DNA from: a virus
Lineage: Duplodnaviria; Caudoviricetes
Virus record (IMG/VR): IMGVR_UViG_3300014933_000403
Location: 1-63,981 of that record
DNA length: 63,981 nucleotides
Direction: 5' to 3' (one strand)
Positions within the stretch are counted from its first letter, which is position 1. Every line of letters begins with the position of its first letter. The translations under genes and the position numbers were made by a program. This document shows, in pieces, positions 63,791-63,981 of the stretch. The notes under the pieces are model-generated. The model made no database searches and was not told the origin of the DNA. It saw nothing but the letters and a program-made list of their open reading frames with translations.

Positions 63791-63981
63791 TTTTAACGTT
63801 TTGAGGAGGGCTGAGTTTACAGTGCTCCGGTTAATGATGGCATAAAATTAGGGGATATGGTAAAATAAAAATTAAAAATATTTTTGGGATATCAAATGAA
63901 GATGTATTTTCACATCGTCAATCCGAATTAAGTAGGCGTGTTTAATTCGGGTTGGATGGAGAAGGATTCACATCCCTACAC

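Noticed and set aside
1-63981. Genome-wide stop-codon reassignment (TAG to Gln or TGA to Trp) as in some crAss-like phages
   Set aside because: TAG and TGA end many well-bounded genes (e.g. 1888, 28816, 30308; many ATGA overlaps), long genes are intact under code 11, and only three isolated internal stops were seen
1-63981. CRISPR array, diversity-generating retroelement, integrase or att site
   Set aside because: No regularly spaced repeats, reverse-transcriptase motifs or recombinase motifs were seen by eye; a weak TR/VR pair cannot be fully excluded without a self-alignment

Overview
The window looks like an essentially complete ~64 kb genome of a podovirus-like Bacteroidota phage: the last 26 nt and the first 376 nt join into one uninterrupted ORF. 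Its virion module resembles that of crAss-like phages (scaffold-like protein, major capsid protein, three ring proteins, 1321-aa muzzle/tail protein, 792-aa portal, large terminase). I see no RNA polymerase, DNA polymerase or integrase. Layout: replication and DNA-modification genes (0.8-10.4 kb, +); a six-gene glycosyl/methyltransferase cluster (11-16.4 kb, +); a minus-strand operon of small, probably early genes (17.3-20.8 kb); accessory genes and an atypical tRNA (22-27.4 kb); structural, ejection, fibre, lysis and portal genes (27.5-60.7 kb, +); terminase (-). Main highlights: (1) two canonical hammerhead ribozymes, plus a third structured element closed by the same helix, sit between genes of the early operon; (2) a tRNA has a full alanine acceptor identity (G3:U70, A73) but a UAG (Leu) anticodon; (3) a tail-fibre-like S74 protein has a Sec signal peptide and many Bacteroidota O-glycosylation sequons, in a genome that encodes its own glycosyltransferases; (4) a C5 methyltransferase locus uses all three forward frames (alpha subunit, nested HNH, EcoHK31I-type beta subunit); (5) an ATP-grasp ligase and an HExxE protein lie between giant ejection proteins carrying histidine-phosphatase, GNAT and glycosylase-like domains. 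All family assignments are from motif recognition by eye; no searches were run.
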